DNA of 64,000 nucleotides from Eledone cirrhosa (lineage: Eukaryota), in assembly GCA_964016885.1 (NCBI GenBank), contig OZ024740.1:416268001-416332000 (forward strand). The letters run 5' to 3'. Positions 58,370-64,000 of this stretch are shown piece after piece. Within the stretch, counting starts at the first letter, position 1. Each line of letters opens with the position of its first letter. The notes below the pieces were generated by a model that was given only the letters and a program-made list of their open reading frames with translations, was not told the origin of the DNA and made no database searches. A program made the position numbers and the translations under genes.

Positions 58370-61200
58370 TTACTACTACTACTTCTATTCCAAAATATTG
58401 ATCATCTTTGTTGTTGTCGTCACTGTCATCGTATTGTACCAGAAATATCAGAGCGTAGTTTTGGAGAAATGATACTTCTTATTCATCTTGGTATCACTTA
58501 GATTAAATATAGAGCCTTATTGTTAACCATTTCAGGCACCTATAAGGGCTCATCTGATTATAAAATCAAAATAAAACAAAAAGACTACAACAGCAACAAG
58601 ACCAAAATGATAATAAATATTTGATGCATTCTTCAAAACATATTCCTTCCTTGTAACTGAAGATATTTGATATCATATGGAATGTTGAGTCAAAATCTAG
58701 GCAATCATATACAGATATATTTATACTTAATTTCTGTTGTCAATCTCTCAGTTGTTCAAATTTGTATTGTTTCTGGTTGGTTTTCTTGGTGATCTAAGAA
58801 TTATTGGTTCTGTTTCTGAAGAAGTCATTGTTATGCCTCCCCACCCCCCTTGGTAGTTATTTGGGTTGTCTCCTCTTCAAACTTTAGCAATAAAAGTAAA
58901 GATTATTTTATAATTAATGACATTTACAGTGCGCTCTTGATTGACTTTTTGTTAGTAAGTTTAGGAACTGGTAAGTTTCTAATAAGGCTGACTGAAGACT
59001 GTTGCTTATTGTTGCTCTAGTCAGAGCCAAAGTGAGAGTTGTTGGAAGGTATCATCTTGTGATATTTTTAATTTGGACTATTTACATTCCTAATTTTTTT
59101 CTTTTTTAATGAAATGTTTTACTATTGTAGCAACTGTAAATCTTTATTTTTTAAACAGAAGTGTATTTTATTTACATGTTTCAACAAGCCTTTTAAAATG
59201 TCAACTTTTTCATTATTCATTAGTAATCTTTGTTCATTTTGTATATATTGTTCATCTAAAAACACTGAGGAAATAGCCATTTGTTTGATGGACGTGAACA
59301 GTGAAATAACTATAGGTTGTTATAACTTGCCCTATTAGACCTCTTTCATATACTAAGCCTTACATTGCAAGAGTTGTGAACCAGTATGAAACAAATTATA
59401 TATCTCTACAGATATATTTAATTTGTATACTGTTTAATTTTGGATGCTATGTTGTGACTATGGTCTGAAGAGTTAGTGAGTAGCCATGGTTTATATTGAA
59501 TGTTGTTTGGTAAAGATACAACTAAAATTCTTCTTGAATATTCTATGAGTAAAGCTTGATTGGCAGTTTTGTATAATGTAAAGTATTTAGAATATATTTT
59601 CTTAAACTGGAATCAATTATTTTTTTTAATAGGACAGTTTCTGAAAACAAAAGAAATATCGTCAAATATTGGATATTATATAATTTTTGTTGTATATTAA
59701 TATCAAATTAATCCAATTAGATATAATAAATAATTACAAAAAGAGAAGTGAAATCCTTTTTGTATCTGAATGCCTTCTATGTAAATTGGTATCTTCAAAT
59801 CTATTGAGTTGAAATAAAGTAAGGAAGACAGTTTGGTAAGTTACAATATATTAAAGTAACATTACATATACAGTCAATGTTGTGATTACTTATTTACAAT
59901 TGACCAATTTACTCTTCTTTATTCTATTACTATATTGACAGACAATCAGATTGAGAAAAATGTCGTAAATATTTCTGACTTCACAAACGTTAAACGTTAA
60001 AAACTGTCGAAATAAACCTTAACAACGGTGGTTTTTAAGCCAAGATTAATATGAATCTAAATGCCACTGAAAACACCATAGATTTATTCTTTCATTTAGA
60101 TAATGACGCTTTTATGAAAAAAGAATTGACATATATCTTTTTGAATCAAAACTTAAGATTTTCTCTATTTAATCCCGAGTGTAAATTTCTATTGAAAGGA
60201 AGTATTTCATATCCATCACCTTATATACTGATATACTAATTATAATATATAAGTATATACAAATATAATGGCTAAGAATAAAAGAATCCCTTTCAAAATT
60301 TAAACATGATTTTAATGAATTAGATTAATTTATTTTTGAGAAAATGTCTGTTAATAAGTTGATAAACTTTCACAAATATTAACCTCCTTCTCCACCTTTT
60401 ACCAATGTGAGCACCACATGGTTGAAATTGACAGCTGATTTATTTATATTAAAACATTAAAAACTAATATTGTTCTTGTTAATGGAATACTATTTTAGTG
60501 CTTGGTTATCTAATAGATATTTTGTTTTAATGTAGACTGTGGATTATATTTAGGTAAAACACCAAGAAATGGCTTATGGAAGATAGTTTTCATTTCATTT
60601 GTCCAATTTACAAGTGGTTTAATATATAAATAAATTACTATAGCAAATTTGTTTGTATTTTTAAAGTTTCATGGTTCATCTGTATCCGCTCAGTTATCAG
60701 AAAATATTTGAAATTTTTTTTTTTAATTTCAATTTAGTTTTTATTTTCATAAAATATTTTGATAACTAAAAATGAAATACTTCAATGCTCTTTTTAACTG
60801 TAAGGTTAAAATGAAAATTCAGTAAAAAGATTAAAACTCCATGTTTCTTTTACATACGTTATCAAAAAAAAGCAAATTATTTGCTGAATATTTTATGATC
60901 TTACCTAATTCTTAGATAGATCTATTTGATAAAAAATCACCTTAATTTGGTCTATTATTTAATCCTATCAAAGGATTTCAGATTTTTTTAAAAATTGATA
61001 TTTTGATTTTTATATGGCAAACTCAAAAGTATTATTTTTTTTTTAATATATTTCCTTTCATTCCAGAAATTAACCATTATGTATTAACTTGCAAACTATT
61101 GACTAAATAAAATCTTATTCTGAACATTCTTATTTGTTATTATTAAGTTTGTTTTAATTTAAAATAATATTTTCTTTTATCAAGATCGTAAAGTGCACTA
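58219..61200 (+). other. Probable long 3' UTR of the ADAP1-like gene (end approximate)
   Basis: ~3 kb AT-rich stretch after the stop with none of the recognisable SINE/LINE copies that fill the introns. (CTA)n at ~58325-58383 and several AATAAA (e.g. 61106-61111); repeats resume at ~61200-61450. Confidence 0.5.
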
Positions 61201-61662
61201 CATACAGGCATGGGTTGGATGAATATATAAATATAGGGTATTTTTCCTAATATTTGATTTTGTCAGTCAAATAACTTCTCTCCACATTGATTTAACATTT
61301 GTTATTGCTTGTGATTCACTTTCTCTCCTTACATCCAGCATTTCTCTATCACCCATGGACCTATGTTATTTCCAGTTTTTACTACTCTGTCTTGCTTCTC
61401 TTGATCATTCTACTGCTCAGATCTTTTCTTTCCTCTCAATATTATAGTATCCTTATGGGGTCGATAAAATAAAGTACCAGTAATGAACTGGGTAATTGCT
61501 GGCCTTGTGCCTAAAGTAGAAACAATTATATCATAAGACTTCGCCGTATGCTATAACATATTACTTATATAAATGTTTATATATTTGCATCGTTATATAA
61601 TGTTTATATTTCCGTCAATAATTTTCTTTTTCGTTTTCATAACATTTCGCCGTAATGCAGTT

Positions 61663-61993
61663 TCATCATCATCATCATTTTACGTCCGCTTTTCCCTGCT
61701 TGCAAGGGCGGGACAGGAACTGGTTCTGGCTTGATTTCTACAGCTGGATGCCCTTCCTAACACCAACCACATTTACAGTGGGTGCTTTATTGCCGTGGCA
61801 CCTCCACGACCACTTCGCAGTGGAATGATATGGACCCCAGTCCCTATCATCTCATTTCTACAGCTGAGTAAACTGGAGCAATGTGAAATAAAGTGTCTTG
61901 CTCAAGGAAACAACACATCACCCAGTCTGAGAATTGAGCTCACAACCTTTCGATTGCAAGACCAATGCTCTAACCACTAAGCCATGTGCCTCC
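61663..61993 (-). mobile_element. tRNA-derived SINE family A
   Basis: Nearly identical to 5805-6135 and reverse complement of 33658-33965. Confidence 0.88.
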
Positions 61994-62104
61994 AGTTTAT
62001 ATATAATATTGTCTTTTTTAAATGTATCCTGGATAACTTTACTGAAAAGTCTCTTTTCAATTTCTGTGTATATTGTCAATTACGATTTTATTTGATGTAT
62101 CATA

Positions 62105-63765
62105 TTTACATATAATATCAATATACACATTACACATGTATCATATCTACATGTATATATACTTGCGTATAATATCAATATACACACTACACATGTATCA
62201 TATCTACATGTATATATACTTGCGTATAATATCAATATACACATTACACATGTATCATATCTACATGTATATATACTTGCGTATAATATCAATATACACA
62301 TTACACATGTATCATATCTACATGTATATATATTTACATCTAATATCAATATACACACTACACATGCTAGCAGAAAACCTACATGTATATATACTTACAT
62401 CTAATATCAATATACACACTACACATGCTAGCAGAAAACCTACATGTATATATACTTACATATAATATCAATATACACATTACACATGCTAGCAGAAAAC
62501 CTACATGTATATATACTTACATCTAATATCAATATACACACTACACATGCTAGCAGAAAACCTACATGTATATATACTTACATATAATATCAATATACAC
62601 ACTACACATGCTAGCAGAAAACCTACATGTATATATACTTACATATAATATCAATATACACATTACACATGCTAGCAGAGAACCTACATGTATATATACT
62701 TACATCTAATATCAATATACACACTACACATGCTAGCAGAAAACCTACATGTATATATACTTACATGTAATATCAATATACACACTACACGTGCTAGCAG
62801 AAAACCTACATGTATATATACTTACATATAATATCAATATACACACTACACATGCTAGCAGAAAACCTACATGTATATATATTTACATCTAATATCAATA
62901 TACACATTACACATGCTAGCAGAAAACCTACATGTATATATACTTACATCTAATATCAATATACACATTACACATGCTAGCAGAAAACCTACATGTATAT
63001 ATACTTACATCTAATATCAATATACACACTACACATGCTAGCAGAAAACCTACATGTATATATACTTACATCTAATATCAATATACACACTACACATGCT
63101 AGCAGAAAACCTACATGTATATATACTTATATCTAATATCAATATACACATTACACATGCTAGCAGAAAACCTACATGTATATATACTTACATCTAATAT
63201 CAATATACACATTACACATGCTAGCAGAAAACCTACATGTATATATACTTACATATAATATCAATATACACACTACACATGCTAGCAGAAAACCTACATG
63301 TATATATACTTACATCTAATATCAATATACACATTACACATGCTAGCAGAAAACCTACATGTATATATACTTACATATAATATCAATATACACACTACAC
63401 ATGCTAGCAGAAAACCTACATGTATATATACTTACATCTAATATCAATATACACACTACACATGCTAGCAGAAAACCTACATGTATATATACTTACATCT
63501 AATATCAATATACACACTACACATGCTAGCCGAAAACCTACATGTATATATACTTACATATAATATCAATATACATATTACACATGCTAGCAGAAAACCT
63601 ACATGTATATATACTTACATATAATATCAATATACACATTACACATGCTAGCAGAAAACCTACATGTATATATACTTACATATAATATCAATATACACAC
63701 TACACATGCTAGCAGAAAACCTACATGTATATATACTTACATCTAATATCAATATACACACTATA
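62105..63765. repeat. AT-rich minisatellite: ~4 x 57 bp then ~23 x 61 bp
   Basis: Unit AATATCAATATACACA(C/T)TACACATG[TATCATAT or CTAGCAGAAAAC]CTACATGTATATATACTT... Confidence 0.93.
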
Positions 63766-63767
63766 CG

Positions 63768-64000
63768 TCATCATCATCATCATCGTTTAACGTCCGTGTT
63801 CCATGCTTGCATGGGTTTGGACAGAGGGTTTTCCCACTTGAGGCAAGAGTGGTTATCTTGCTCGCATAGGACTATCTGGCGGGTTTTCTACAGCTGGATG
63901 CCCTTCCTAACACCAACCACATTTACAGTGTGGGGCTGGGAGGTTTTTACCGTGTTGCCTACACGGCCACATTACAGCGTGAACTGTGTGTTTTTTTTTA
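63768..64000 (-). mobile_element. 3' end of a third RTE LINE copy (runs off the window)
   Basis: Nearly identical to 23778-24005, including (CAT)n and GTTTAACGTCCGTGTTCCATGCTTGCATGGG. Confidence 0.88.

Overview
This window is AT-rich, repeat-dense animal genomic DNA. The SINE/LINE repertoire looks octopus-like, but that is an inference and the species is not provable from the window. One host gene is present: a + strand ArfGAP-with-dual-PH-domain gene (ADAP1/centaurin-alpha-like) with 8 coding exons reconstructed from 7268 to the stop at 58218. Its first coding exon lies upstream of the window, and a ~3 kb largely repeat-free stretch (probable 3' UTR) follows the stop. The introns carry two near-full-length, disabled RTE-clade LINEs plus the 3' end of a third. 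These LINEs have a PHD finger inserted inside the RT domain, and copy 1 has ~600-bp tandem 5' monomers. Also present are several tRNA-derived SINE families, a mariner relic, Helitron and MITE elements, and minisatellites. The most striking structure is a 46-49-bp unit from the RTE 3' UTR, also carried by SINEs, that has expanded independently at several loci. The largest is an ~11.6-kb, ~237-copy array with higher-order structure, bracketed by ~70-bp inverted arms. Two divergently oriented type I hammerhead-ribozyme-like motifs (~1987-2391) and several intronic foldbacks near exons are also notable. All calls are by eye; no database searches or folding were run.
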